A stretch of DNA of 64,000 bases from Octopus vulgaris (Eukaryota), in assembly GCA_951406725.2 (NCBI GenBank), contig OX597819.1:123814001-123878000 (forward strand), given 5' to 3'. A program made the position numbers and the translations under genes. The notes below the pieces were generated by a model. It was not told the origin of the DNA. It searched no databases and saw nothing but the letters and a program-made list of their open reading frames with translations. Positions 26,775-40,540 of the stretch are shown one piece after another; the stretch's first letter is position 1, and every line of letters starts with the position of its first letter.

Positions 26775-27325
26775 CTAATCAGCCCACGTCCACCTTTACC
26801 TCTCTTCATTTAGAGCCTGTGTACATTTGTCTTAGGGTGGAGGGCATCATGCATTGTCATTGTCTTTCGGGTGGTGCTATCGAGTTGGTCAATCTCTGCT
26901 TGTGTCCATTTCAGGATGGGTACACTAAAGCGGACTGCAGCAATAGCCCATATGTTGATGCCATTCACAAGGTTCCTTGAGTTGAGCTTTGATTTAAAGA
27001 GAAGTCTGAGGTCTTTGAAATATGCAGTGATGACCTTGTCTTTCATTTCTTTGTGCAAGATATTGTCTAGCTCCAGTATTCCGAGGTACTTGTACACATC
27101 ATCACCCGGGTCTTCCATTCTCTGTCCGTTTGGCAACTCTAAGCCCCTACAATTTACTATTTTCCCCCGGTTCAACGTAAGCACCGCACACTTCGAGATA
27201 CTGAATTCCGTCTCTATATCTTTGTTGCACATTTTCACAGTCTCAACCAGCCTCTCCATTTCAGGCTCTGTTTTTGCGAACAGATTTAAACCAGCTATGA
27301 AGAGAAGATGGTTGAAAAGGAGCTA
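26775..27325 (-). mobile_element. R4/Dong-like non-LTR retrotransposon RT fragment
   Basis: KCAVLTLNRGK, YKYLGILE, SKLNSRNL, ALHPKTNVHRL*MKRGKGGRGL. Confidence 0.75.
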
Positions 27326-27379
27326 GAGACTGAATGCGGAAATGTATCACCAGTATCAAAGCATAAAAAGCATTTTAAA

Positions 27380-28007
27380 CGCTCTGAAACATCAGAACAT
27401 CTGAATTTATCCAGCAAGTTCAACAGACCAATGATTAGAATCCCAGAAGGTCCATGAGGTCAATTGCAAAAGATCTCCATGTGTCAGAAGGAACAGTCAG
27501 AAATGTTGTCCACGAAGACATTAGATATAACCCTTATCTGATGAGGAAAGGTCAGTTTGTCAGAAAAAGCAAAAGAAAATCGCTACATCAGATCTAAAAG
27601 TTTCTTAAACAAACTGAAAAATCCAGCAGAAGATTTGATTTGGTTTTACTCAAACGAGAAAAACTTCGACCAAGATCAAAAAGTTAACAGAAGAAATGAC
27701 AGACCCTTATAAAGTTCCAAGTGTCATGCATACAAAATTTCCGACAGCTGTCGTGGTTTTAGGGGTTGTCAGCAATAAAGGACATCTGATACTTCTTTCC
27801 ACAAGGCTTTAGAGTTAACTCTGCTACCTACATTGAGGTCCCAGAAATAATTGTTAAGCCCAGGATAGACAGTGTATGCAAGGGAAGGTCATATGTGTTT
27901 CAGTAAGACTCTGCACTATCACACATGGCTCTAGTAACACAGGAATAGATGGATGAAAATTTTCATGATCACATAACCCCTAACATTTGGCCTCCTAATT
28001 CCCAGAT
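27380..28007 (+). mobile_element. Tc1/mariner (maT-like) transposase pseudogene fragment
   Basis: WFYSNEKNFDQDQKVNRRND, MHTKFPTAVVVLGVVS, YVFQ*DSA, WPPNSPD. Confidence 0.75.
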
Positions 28008-28081
28008 CAAGTAAAAGAGTAAAAGAGTAAAAAGCTCTTGAAAGATGTGTCGTTAAAAAACTGACGCAAGTTCTATATGTG

Positions 28082-28112
<31 letters not shown>

Positions 28113-28116
<4 letters not shown>

Positions 28117-28463
28117 CCTTAAATCCTTAAAAATGTTTCAGCCCGAAGGCTGCGGCCATGCTGGGGCACCACCGTTGAATGAGCTACACTAATATGTGAA
28201 ACCACCTCTGATACGTGGCACTTGATCAACAAGGGAGTTCGATGCCGCTGCCCGCATCTGTGTTTCCTGCCGAGAAGTAGGTTTATCTGGGACCTCCGAC
28301 AAGAAGAGATCCAGTTTAGTTTTACAGAAACCCACATCCACACCATACAGGTCTCTCAAGCATTTAGGAAGGATATTGAAGAGCTGTGGTTCCCTGAAAC
28401 CCAAGCTATTGCAGTATATGGTCCTGTATTTTGATGGTGATGTTGGGATCTTCGGCACCATGC
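28113..28463 (-). mobile_element. CR1-group LINE 3' end, same family as 46140-47096
   Basis: Reverse complement of 46745-47096, including the (TTAAGGAT)n tail. Confidence 0.9.
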
Positions 28464-28475
28464 AGATAAATATAT

Positions 28476-28863
28476 ACTCTTTACTCTCCTTTCCTTGTTT
28501 CAGTCATTTGACTGCGGCCATGCTGGAGCACCGCCTTTAGTCGAGCAAATCGACCCCGGGACTTATTCTTTGTAAGCCCAGTACTTATTCTATCGGTCTC
28601 TTTTGCCGAACCGCTAAGTGACGGGGACGTAAACACACCAGCATCGGTTGTCAAGCAATGCTAGGGGGACAAACACAGACACACAAACACACACACATAC
28701 ATATATATATATACATATATACGACGGGCTTCTTTCAGTTTCCGTCTACCAAATCCACTCACAAGGCATTGGTCGGCCCGGGGCTATAACAGAAGACACT
28801 TGCCTAAGATACCGCGCATGTGGCTAGTTAGCAATCTACTTACCACACAGCCACTCCTGCGCC
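28476..28863 (-). mobile_element. SINE family A with B-box region deleted
   Basis: Family A sequence lacking the GGTTCAGTCCC segment. Confidence 0.85.
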
Positions 28864-29577
28864 TATATATATATATATATATATATATTTATCTGCGAAG
28901 TTATACATTAAGATGCGTAGATCGGTGAAAAACAATAACTCGCGTCTTTTAGTTATTTATAACGATAGTGAAAGATAAAACAAAATGCGACAGAAGGATG
29001 CATTTAACACACTGAGAATCAAAGGCGATTAGCTCATGATGTTACGAATATTCATGTAAGTGCTTAATCATGTAATTCAGATGCCGTTGCAGAAACTGTT
29101 CTTTCCATCTCTCTCCACAATATAAAAGATATCTTTAGTTGACAGACAATAGTTTTTGCTGTCAATAATATCCCATTAAACTATGACATTATATAAACTG
29201 ATTTATTACCACCAGCTGTTTATTAGTATTGGCGGTGTTGCATTAGGTATAAAAACACATCTTTTCCGCATTCGTAATTCTTTAAAGTTTTTTCACTCTT
29301 TTCTTCTTTTTGAAATACGTAAGTGAACTTTTAAAAATATTTTATTTTCATAAGAAATTTGTATGAAACATTTACATGATTGCTTTGAATTATAGCTCAG
29401 CATTTGTTCATCAATGTATTCTTACAGCACATAAAATGAGAAACGCGTTTAATATAAATTTATATGACACCATTTTGATTTGATTTTACTGGGAAAGAAC
29501 AGAAAATATAAGGGCTATACCTAAGCTAATTGTATTTTCTCTGCTTCTCTATCTGAATATGTGTGCGCTTTTGTATC

Positions 29578-29744
29578 AGTCTGTCTGTCTGTCTGTCTAT
29601 CTATCTACCTACCTACCTACCTACCTACCTACCAACCTATCTATCTATCTATCTATCTTCCTATCTATCTATCTACCTATCTATCTATCTATCTCTCTTC
29701 CTATCTATCTATCTATCTATCTATCTTTATCTATCTTTCTATCT

Positions 29745-29788
<44 letters not shown>

Positions 29789-29947
29789 CCTATTTATCTA
29801 TCTATCTTCCTTTTTTTCTTCTTTCCCTTTTACGATCCCTTTTGATCGAAAACCTACTCCACTTTTTTTTATCTCCCCAAAAAAGAAAAGCTCTACTTTG
29901 TAATCTGTCCTGTCTGTGTGCAGCCCTGTGTGGCTAATAAAGAAACA

Positions 29948-29985
<38 letters not shown>

Positions 29986-30113
29986 ACTGTCCCTCCGCCT
30001 GTCTGTCTATCTCTCTCTCTATCTATCTATCTATCTATCTATATATTTATCTCTCTATCTATCTATCTATCTCTATCTATCTATCTATCTCTCTATCTCT
30101 CTATCATTCTATC

Positions 30114-30148
<35 letters not shown>

Positions 30149-30173
30149 CTATCTATCTATCTATCTATCTCTG

Positions 30174-30206
<33 letters not shown>

Positions 30207-30215
30207 CTATCTCTG

Positions 30216-30279
<64 letters not shown>

Positions 30280-30337
30280 ACTGTCCCTCCGCCTGTCTGT
30301 CTATCTCTCTCTACCTATCTATCTATCTATCTATCTA

Positions 30338-30390
<53 letters not shown>

Positions 30391-30416
30391 ATCTATCTAT
30401 CTATCTATCTATCTAC
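29578..30416. repeat. Compound (TATC)n/(TC)n microsatellites
   Basis: Direct inspection; unique spacer TTACTGTCCCTCCGCCTG occurs twice (~29983 and ~30278). Confidence 0.95.
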
Positions 30417-30519
30417 CATCTGGGATACTGCATTTACTCGGAAAATAGAGGCGTTAATAGCGTGCGTATTAATAACCAATCCTGATACTAAAATGTATGT
30501 CTACAAATACAAATAACAA

Positions 30520-32176
30520 GGTAAAATTACAGATTAATACCCGCACGATTTTCACTAAGAAAAAAAAAAAAAAACTCGGATTTTTTGCGTGGAATCAAGT
30601 ACCCTGACCTCCTAATATGCTGCAAATCCCATATTTTGGTCCGGAATTGCTCCGGAAAGGGGGGGGTTACCCCCCCACCGGAATTTTCACAAGGAAAAAA
30701 AAAACCTCAGATTTCTTGCGTGGAATCAAGTACCCTGACCTCCTAATATGCTGCAAATCCGGAAAGGGGGGGGGTAACACCAACCCCCCGGAATTTTCAC
30801 ATGGAAAAAAAAATCTGATGGACTTTTAAATGGAGCTTGAGAAAAATGGTTTCAATTAGAAAAGCAACATTTCTAGAAAATAGTAAATTGAAGTGTGAAC
30901 ACAGCACCTTACAGAGTATAAGTATATGACATTTATTTTTAAAATTTAACTTCATTTGTTTTATATTCTAAATAATTTGCAATTTCAAAAGATATATTAA
31001 TTTTGCGTTTTTTAATTTGATAAATTCTACGGAATAATTTTGCGCGTTTTTTGATAAATTCTACGGAAAGAATTTAGTGCGAAAAATTTATACATTTATA
31101 CACAAAGACCTGTTGAGGCAAGCGAAGTTGATATCGAACCTCATAGGGCAAGTGTGGCACCCGGCAGATGCCAGGACCCTGGACTGGTGGTACGTAAAAA
31201 GCACTATCCGAATCGTGGCCGATGCCAGAGCCGCCTCGACTGGCACCAATCCGACCGTGGCCGTTGCCAGCCTCGCCTGGCACCTGTGCGGGTGGCATGT
31301 AAAAAGCACCCACTACACTCTCGGAGTGGTTGACGTTAGGAAGGGCATCCAGCTGTAGAAACATTGCCAGATAAGACTGGAGTCTGGTGCAGCCTTCTGG
31401 CTTCCCAGATCCCCGGTCGAACCGTCCAACCCATGCTGGCATGGAGAACGGACGTTAAACGATGATGATGATGAGAAGAAATTAATTCATTAAGTTTACC
31501 AAATTATATACGTCTGTAAAAAAAAAAAGTTTCAGAAATTATATACGTTCGCGTTTGTGTAAAAAAAATTATTATTTAAGTTTTATAAATTATTTACTTT
31601 GTTCAAAAAATATTATTAATATTAATTAATTTTCAAGAATTATTTAATTTATATAATTAATTAATTAATTTTATTCTGTAAAATAGTAATTAATTCATTT
31701 ATCTGTAAATCGCTATGTTGTCATTCAGGCAGCTAGAAATAGCAGCCAGATTTCCCTCCAATAACACTTTATTGTCTTAAAAAGCAGAAAGGTATCTAAA
31801 AAATCCGTTTTGTTTTTGTTTTTGAGGTCAGGTTACTTGATTCCACGCAAAAAATCAGATTTTTTTTTTCCATGTGAAAATTCCGGGGGGGGTAACCCCC
31901 CCCCCCCTTTCCGGACCAAAATATGGGATTTGCAGCATATTAGGAGGTCAGGGTACTTGATTCCACGCAAGAAATCTGAGGTTTTTTTTTTCCCTTGTGA
32001 AAATTCCGAGGGGGCGGGTAACCCCCCCCCCCCACTTTCCGGAGCAATTTCGGACCAAAATATGGGATTTGCAGCATATTAGGAGGTCAGGGTACTTGAT
32101 TCCACGCAAAAAATCCGAGTTTTTTTTTTTTTTTTTCTTAGTGAAAATCGTGCGGGTGTTAATCTGTAATTTTACC
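30520..32176. mobile_element. Non-autonomous foldback DNA transposon with long modular TIRs and 8-bp TSD
   Basis: GGTAAAATTACAGATTAA...TTAATCTGTAATTTTACC ends; TSD AATAACAA at 30512-30519 and 32177-32184; TIRs built of ~100-120-bp subrepeats. Confidence 0.85.
31108..31473 (+). mobile_element. SINE family E, 3' part, nested in the foldback element
   Basis: GTTAGGAAGGGCATCCAGCTGTAGAAAC domain and GGACGTTAAAC(GAT)n tail. Confidence 0.8.
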
Positions 32177-32678
32177 AATAACAATATCTTCACAAAAATC
32201 AGGATCTGTGTTAACAATGCTAACCAAACTACAAAAGAAAATATTAGTATAAACGAAGAGGAAAATAACAAAGATATATGCAATTATAAGGATTGTTCTA
32301 TAGATTCGTATTGGCCGCAGTATTTTAGTACCATAGTTGGGACCAAGTCTGAAAATAGGACTTTGATTTATCTACACGGCGTACCAAAGTTAGTATTGGT
32401 CATGTTACTTCTGACATTACTCCGACCGTCACGAACGATAATAAAGGTTATAGACGTTTACGTAAGAGAATTTCAGTCGGTTTAATCCTCCATCAGACTA
32501 AATGATACAATTAATATCTCCACAGATGTTTGTTTTTTTTTCTGGCTCCCGGATAAGCATTGCGATGCAAATAGCCTGTATCGTAAAATCACTAACAGAC
32601 ATAGAGATACGGTAGTCAACCCCACGGCTCTTAACATTGCTTAATACCTACCTAGATTTAAAAGTATAAAAGTATAAC

Positions 32679-33127
32679 TATTTCTTTACTACCCACAAGG
32701 GGCTAAACACAGAGGGGACAAACAGGGACAGACAAACGGATTAAGTCGATTACATCGAGCCCAGTATTCATCTGGTACTTAATTTATCGACCCCGAAAGG
32801 ATGAACGGCAAAGTCGACCTCGGCGGAATTTGAACTCACAATGTGGCGGCAGACAAAATACCACTAAGCATCTCGCCCGGCCTGCTAATGTTTCTTATTT
32901 ATTTACTGCCCTCAAGGGACTACAAACAGAGGGGACAAACAAGGACAGACAAACGGATTAACTTGATTGCTTCGACCCCAGTGCGTAACTGGTACTTAAT
33001 TTATCGACCCCGAAAGGATGAAAGGCAAAGTCGACCTCGGCGGAATTTGAACTCACAACGTGGCGGCAGACAAAATACCGTTATGCATTTCGCCCGGCGT
33101 GCTAACGATTCTGCCAGCTCGCTGCCT
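32679..33127 (-). mobile_element. SINE family C dimer with a different junction
   Basis: Two units; the downstream unit keeps part of the head. Confidence 0.85.
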
Positions 33128-33619
33128 TTAAAAGTATAAAAGCATACCGCCCATATTATAAAAATATTAACCCTACAGAACCAAGTCCAAATTATACAAC
33201 TAACATTCACAATAACGGCATACGTGAATTGAGATCTAATAAACATGATTAGAAACTAATTAATGATAGTAAACCTCCAACAAATAGTAAACCTGATATA
33301 TCATATATAGCGTTAAAAAAAACTGTGTAATTGTAGAAATAGAGCAATGTGTATACATGTTGGATATTGCCTTAGAAAGGAGATCGTTTATTAACGTTCT
33401 GTATGTGCACTTGATGAAGTGCAGGTGAATAATGCTGCTTGTAATGACTTTAAATCTTGATGGAATAATCATAAAAACAACTGTAGGAATAGACGTAAGA
33501 TTTATTTCTCATCGCTAGTTAATTTCCTGGTATAGCTGCTGTCCCTATATGAAAGGTTTCATTACACACTAACAACACGAAAATCCCACTCCCAGTAGCA
33601 ACTGTTGAAATTCATGAAC

Positions 33620-34460
33620 CAATGTACTCGACCAGGGTTCCATGATTTAAAGAAACCACCTGGATCTGTCTGAAAGAATGTCAGATTTTCCCATGATGTG
33701 ATCGTCAGAAAACATGGTACCTACCAAGCAGAGACCTAAGTGAAGCCAAGTTCATTACTCTTACTCTTTTACTCTTTTACTTGTTTCAGTCATTTGACTG
33801 CGGCCATGATGGAGCACCGCCTTTAATCGAGCAACTCGACCCCGGGACTTATTCTTTTGTAAGCCCAGTACTTATTCTATCGGTCTCTTTTTGCCGAACC
33901 GCTAAGTAACGGGGACGTAAACACACCAGCATCGGTTGTCAAGCAATGCTAGGGGGACAAACACAGACACACAAACATACACGCACACACATATATATAT
34001 ATACATATATACATATATACGACGGGCTTCTTTCAGTTTCCGTCTACCAAATCCACTCACAAGGCATTGGTCGGCCCGGGGCTATAGCAGAAGACACTTG
34101 CCCAAGGTGCCACGCAGTGGGACTGAACCCGGAACCATGTGATTGGTTAGCAAGCTACTTACCACACAGCCACTCCTGCGCCACATTATGCAGAATATTC
34201 TCAAAGCACTCGCGGTATATGCTAATAGCGTTGACTATTACATTTATAGTCATTCGCCTGTCATCTATTGACACGTCAATGTTGTCATCGGTGCGGAACT
34301 TGCAGGACATCCAGACATTAGGCCATCTTCAACACTCCGTTCCTCTCCTAAATTCAACTGCCCACTTTTTATCTGTTTGTAACATTCGAGCGTCGTCCCA
34401 TAAAACAGCAACCACCTCAGTGTGAATATCGTTGGGAGCTGAGCCCTTTTATCAAATTTT
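33620..34460 (-). mobile_element. Mariner transposase N-terminal remnant split by a SINE
   Basis: DIHTEVVAVLWDDA...KKWAVEFR and ELGFT*VSAW*VP (WVPR-like) motifs. Confidence 0.6.
33757..34182 (-). mobile_element. SINE family A, full length
   Basis: Complete head, microsatellite and tail. Confidence 0.9.
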
Positions 34461-34681
34461 CTTCATCTTCAAGACAAGTCGCTGGTTGCTACTTTTGAAG
34501 ACGTTTATCAACAACGAGATGTCAGTTTTCCTGAAAGAAAAAAGTGCAGCCATTTATAAGTCGTATTGAATTTTATGCTTGCAATATTTCCCAGCTCTTC
34601 CGTAACAGCCTATAAACCTCTCAGCCTATCCCCTTATAAATTCATATATACGTTAAGTCTAATTCATACGTAATTAATATA

Positions 34682-35083
34682 TATTTCTTTACTACCCACA
34701 AGGGGCTAAACACAGAAGGGACAAACAAGGACAAACAAACGGATTAAGTTGATTATATCGACCGCAGTGCGTAACTGGTACTTAATTTATCGACCCCGAA
34801 AGGATGAAAGGCAAAGTCGACCTCGGCGGAATTTGACCTCAGAATGTAACGGCAATACCTATTTCTTTACTACCCACAAGGGGCTAAACACAGAAGGGAC
34901 AAACAATGACATACAAACGGATTAAGTCGATTATATCGGCCCCAGTGCGTAACTAGTACTTAATTTATCGACCCCGAAAGGATGAAAGGCAAAGTCGACC
35001 TCGGCAGAATTTTAACTCAGAACGTAACGGCAGACGAAATACGGCTACGCATCTCACCTGGCGTGCTAACGTTTCTGCCAGCT
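34682..35083 (-). mobile_element. SINE family C dimer
   Basis: Headed plus headless unit, junction near 34859. Confidence 0.9.
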
Positions 35084-35157
35084 CTATATGTATGTATGCG
35101 TGCATGTGTGTATATATCCATTCATATGTGCATGTATGTATGTTTGTAATATATTAT

Positions 35158-37275
35158 AATCTTTTTATATAAATGACAAATTTATATAAAAATCTGTCTC
35201 TATCTGTCTGTTATTATCTTACTGCCCAAACCAGTGAACTAGTCTTCACCAAACTTTGCATACATGTTGAACTAACATCCAGTTCATTTATAGGATAACT
35301 GGACTTCGATAAAAATCGGTAATGTGCCGACTACTGGGTTTGGACTATAATATGATAAAATGAGAAGGGTGAAAAAGTGTTAGATTCAGAGAAACGTGTT
35401 GTCATAATGAGGGTGGTTGATATCCGGGGAGGGGAAGAGACAGGAAGAGGTAGGAAATGTAAGAGAGAGACAGGGAAAAAGACAGACAAGGACAGAGTGG
35501 GAGAGACAGAATGTGCTTACTGCAGGGAGGAGCGAATTTTAATACTTTGTTCTTTTATTCTGGCTGTTCATCTTGAAAATGGCCAGCTTGTGTATTTTAC
35601 AGAATATACTGCACGAAACGTGGTTGAGCAACCCCCAGAGACCACACTGCCAGCTTCCTTTAGGCTATCCATGTTTGAACTGTTTGCAAGAACACTGCTG
35701 TGTATTGAGGTTCCTGCCTACTACACCTGAGCACACACTATATGGAACAAACGCAAGCAAGGAGTACAAGTTGAGGGCTAGGACAGGGATGCAGCCTTCA
35801 GAAGCGAAGGTTGTACACTGTGTATCTCAATCAGCAGGAGTGCTTCTTTCTGCATCTGCTGCTGCACACTGTCAGAGGTCCTACCTCGTTCACAGGCCTG
35901 CGAAGGTGTAGTGGAGAGGACTGTACGACCTACAGAGAAGCCTCTGCCAAACATGGGCTACTGGATGATGATGCCCACTGGTATCAGATACTGGGAAAGG
36001 CAGAAGTTAGCAGAGCGCCAAGGTGACTGCGCCAGTTATTTTTCATCATCCTAATGACATGTGGTTTGGGTGAGTCTCTCAGGCTTTGGGAGACCCTCAA
36101 AAAAAGCATGGCTGAGGACATCCTGCATAAGATTCAGAGACAGGACTCAGCTGAAAATATATCAATATCAATGATGCAATTTACCATGAGTCACCACTTG
36201 ACCTGGACACCCGAGTCCAAGCTATGGGGGTGGGGCAAAGAAACCGCCACTTTTGGCCTTCCCTAACCAGAATAGGCAACTAACACTCTAGCGATTGAGC
36301 AAATGTGGGAGATCAACTATGATATCGAACAAATGACATGTTACTAATAACGAGCACCAACTGATAGAGGAACAAAGGGATGCTTATAACTCAACTATTT
36401 CGAGCATTGAAGATGAAAGGGGGGGTGTATTTTTCTTGGATGACCCGGATGGAACTGGCAAGACATTTGTCATCAACCTTCTATAGACTAAAATTCAAGT
36501 GGAATGGATGCAATCCTCTTAAATGGTGGCTGCACAGCCCATTCATCCAAGACAGAGAAGGCAACCTGAAACATCAGTTGTGGCATAATAAATGGTAAAC
36601 TCTTGAGTGAGGGCAAGTTGATTATCTGAGATGAGGCGACAATGAGCCATAAGGGTGTCTTCGAGGCTCTTGGCATGGCACTGAAGGATCTGAGGCACAA
36701 CACACAGGTGCAACAGTCCTGCTTGCAGGACACTTTAGACAGGTCCTTCCAGTGATTTCAAAGGGAACAAGAGCTGATGAACTCCGATGAAGTTATGAAC
36801 TATCCTACCGAATTTTTGAATAGCCTGGTACCAGCTGGCCTTCCATCTTACAACCTGCACCGCGCGATTGACGAATCAGTCATGCTTTTAAGAAACCTGG
36901 ATTCACCCAAGCTTTGCAATGGCACACGACTTCAAATAAACAAGGTAATGCCAAGACATAGAGGTGACCATTCTCCCTGGCAAAGCAAGTGGTGAAGTTG
37001 TCTTCATATCACGAATTCCGCTAATTCCTTATCACATGCTATTTGAGTTCAAGCGACCGCAATTTCCTGTACACGTGAGTTTTGCAATGACCATAAACAA
37101 GGCCCAGGGACAGTCCGTGGACATGGTAGGCCTAAACCTTGCTGACCCTGTTTTTTCCTATGACCAGCTGTATGTAGGATGCTCATGAGTCGGCAATCCA
37201 AATCATTTATTTGTTTATGCTCCAGAGAGCAGGACCAAAAGTGTAGTATATCAAGAGGTTCTGCAAAATCGATAA
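35158..37275 (+). mobile_element. Helitron with decayed PIF1-like helicase
   Basis: AVHLENGQ, PPETTL, TYREA...GLLDDD, GTGKTF, DEATM, YPTEFLNSL, LRNLDSPKLCNGTRL, FAMTINKAQGQS, QLYVGCS; many frameshifts. Confidence 0.85.
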
Positions 37276-37464
37276 TGATCACCCATCAATCAGTAGTGAT
37301 CGACATCCCACGGCTTGACAATCGATTACGGATTTTTTATGTCTTCGTAACTTGGCAGTTCGATTAAAGAGAATGATAAAATAAGTACGGTACTTTAACT
37401 CAATAATCACTGTAGACGATTTTATATACATATGTATATATATATATACTTTAGGACTAACGAA

Positions 37465-37760
37465 TATTTTGCATTTGTGGCTCCGTTGGTGGCTGATGAG
37501 CCCTGCTCTTGACAAGCATACACGACTGCAAACATTGCAGACCAAGCTTTCCCCATTCACTATACCAGGAGTGCACTTTCGATCAGTACGCCCAAATTCT
37601 TCATGCACAATACGTGCTCTCTCAAAGGTGCCGATCCCCTCCTTAACCTGCTTCCTCAATCTGTGGCGATGACAGGCATTGTTCTCCCAGTCAGTCTCCT
37701 GCATATCACAGGTCTTTAATGACGATTTGACCCAGTCCTTAAATCGCAGCCTTGGTCGCT
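37465..37760 (-). mobile_element. RTE-clade LINE 3' end
   Basis: RPRLRFKD...CNVCSRVCLSRAGLISHQRSH C-terminal zinc finger. Confidence 0.8.
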
Positions 37761-38295
37761 ATTAAGTGGAAACAGAATATTTTTTATATACATTGCTTTA
37801 CCCTTAATGCCAATCCTTAACTTTTCCTCAAACTCCATTTATTTTACCTCTCTTTCTATTTATTTAATTCTCTTTTTACAACTTAATAGCCACCTCGGCT
37901 ACCATTCTGTTGGTGAGCGTTGATATGTTCGCGTCTTTTTTCTGGATGTTTACACTATCAGGACTTTAACACACATGGTTTTGCGCAGGATTGCCCCTAA
38001 CGACTTATGGACCTAATTCTACAAGATCGGAAAGTTGAACTGTGAACTTTTATAATTCTATTTTCTCCTCTTTCTTCATCTCCTTATTCTTTTATTCCTG
38101 CCATGTATGCCGTCATTTCATTAATCTATACCCTTTTCGTTTTCCCTATTTGTTTCCTATAACGGAAAATATCATACTCTAGGATATCCCAGAAACAGTT
38201 GTAAGCGTTTCAATTTCTCTTCCTATAATAATATGTATGGTTTGAGATGTTTGCCTTGCCTTAACGCTTGTTGTCCTCTTTAACAATTATATATA

Positions 38296-39966
38296 CAGGA
38301 ATTGGACAAAATAATGGAAACACCTTAAAATTTCAAACAAATTTATTTTAATATGTGGTAGGATCGCCTTTGGCAGTATTTACAGCTTGAATTCTACGAG
38401 GTATGGACTCATACAAAGTTTGAATTGTTTCCAAAGGAATTTTTTACCATTCTTCAGCAAAAACAGTCTCCAGTTCTTGTAGCGATGATGGTGGAGGATA
38501 TCGACTCCTTACTTATTTTTCTAAAATGCACCATAAATGTTCAATAATATTGAGATCTGTGGACTGTGGTGGCCAGATAAGATGTTCAGCTTCCATAGAA
38601 TGTTCCTCGCGCCATTCAGTAGCAACTTGAGCTGTGCAAATTGATACATTATCATCCTACAAGATTGCGTTTCCATCTGGAAAGAGTTCTGCAACAATAG
38701 GATGAATTTGATCAGATAAAATACTTAAATAGCCTTGACTATTAATTCTACCATTAAGGGAAACCACTGGGCCGGCGGATTTAGACCAGCAGATCATCAC
38801 ATATCCTCCTCTATGTTTAACAGTTGGAAGAAGGCAGTCTGAGTCAAATGCTTCTTTTGGCTGTTTCCACACGTATACTCGGCCGGTGGCTGGAAATAAC
38901 ATAGAGGATGTGTGGAAGCACTCCGTCGGTTACGACGACGAGGGTTCCGGTTGATCCGAATCAACGGAACAGCCTGCTCGTGAAATTAACGTGTAAGTGG
39001 CTGAGTACTCCACAGACACGTGTACCCTTAACGTAGTTCTCGGGGAGATTCAGCGTGTCACAGAGAGTGACAAGGCCCTTTGAAGTACAGGTACAACAGA
39101 AACAGAAAGTAAGAGTGAGAGAAAGTTGTGGTGAAAGAGTACAGCAGGGATCACCACCATCCCCTGCCGGAGCCTCGTGGAGCTTTTAGGTGTTTTCGGT
39201 CAATAAACACTCACAACGCCCGGTCTGGGAATCGAAACCGCGATCCTATGACCGCGAGTCCGCTGCTCTAACCACTGGGCCATTGCGCCTCCACTACATA
39301 GAAGATGACTCATCCGGAAAAGGACATTTTTCCACTGCTCTAGAAACTAATTCCGTAGGTTTTTACTCTACTCTAAACGCTTTTCAACGTTTGTTTTGAT
39401 AGTAGTGGTTTTCGGATTGCAGCCCACCCGTGAAATCCAGCTTTGCGCAGCTTCCGGCGAACAGTTTTTGTGGAAACTGGGTTCTCGGGTGACCATTAAG
39501 CTTTGCAGTAATTTGGGGAGCTATAATTTTGTGATCCTTTATGACAATTCGCGTAAGAAGCCGACGGTCCGTACTTGAAAGTTTTGGTTTTCTTCCAGAG
39601 TTTTGTTTCCACAAGGATTATTTTCCCTCTTTATCAAAAGCTGTCATTACTTTCGAGACAGTACTTCTTGATACACCAAACGTTTCGGCTGTTTTTCGTT
39701 ACGCTAGCGCCTGCCATACGAGCATCAACAATTTGACCTCTTTGAAAGTCCTATAGATCGGTCATTTTAATGACTTTTAATTACCTTTTTCTGATGATAT
39801 CTGAAAAGAAACAGCAACTTTAGCAAAACATATTAAGCAACACTATTAATAAATGAATAAAAAAACATAAAAATAAACAATCTTTTGACGGTTTTATAGA
39901 TACTTCAAAATTATGATGCTATGATGCTGGGTCTTTCCATTATTTTGTCGTTTTGTCCAACTCCTG
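38296..39966 (-). mobile_element. Tc1-like DNA transposon with both TIRs and decayed transposase
   Basis: TA|CAGGAATTGGACAAAATAATGGAAA ... TTTCCATTATTTTGTC...CCAACTCCTG|TA; NSGRKPKL, CLLPTVKHRGG, WPPQSTDLNIIEHLW. Confidence 0.9.
38911..39293 (-). mobile_element. SINE family B1 inserted in the Tc1 element
   Basis: TSD ACATAGAGGATG (38899-38910) / ACATAGAAGATG (39296-39307). Confidence 0.9.
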
Positions 39967-40006
39967 TATATATATATGTATGCATGTATGTATGTATGTA
40001 TCTATC

Positions 40007-40038
<32 letters not shown>

Positions 40039-40076
40039 CATACATACATACATACATACATACATACATACATACA

Positions 40077-40107
<31 letters not shown>

Positions 40108-40391
40108 TACAAATAAGAAAATGGAGAAGCACATTAGTTGGTTGGTTCATCAGTTTTAGGACATTAAAATGTTGACTTATTTATTTATCAAAACGACAAC
40201 CATAATAACATACATACATACATATAGTATATTATTCAATACATATAAGATAATAAAACAAGTAGTTATTAAAAAACATGAATATAAATTATTAAAATCA
40301 CTTACAGCTGTTTCAGTCTATGGATAATAGTGACTCATTGTACCTATATAAGTTAAGTGTATTGAGGTGGTAGGCAGTTGAAAATGAGTTA

Positions 40392-40540
40392 CCCAGTTTC
40401 CACAAAAACTGTTCGCCGGGAGATGCGCAAAGCTGGATTTCACGGGTGGGCTGCAATCCGAAAACCACTACTTTCAAAGCAACCGTTGAAAAGCGTTTAG
40501 AGTAGAGTAAAAACCTACAGATTTAGTTTCTAGAGCAGTT
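40392..40540 (+). mobile_element. Inverted internal fragment of the same Tc1 family
   Basis: Reverse complement of ~39335-39481. Confidence 0.8.

Noticed and set aside
15950-37275. One large Helitron spanning the N-terminal and helicase fragments
   Set aside because: Fragments are on opposite strands and ~18 kb apart; treated as separate remnants.
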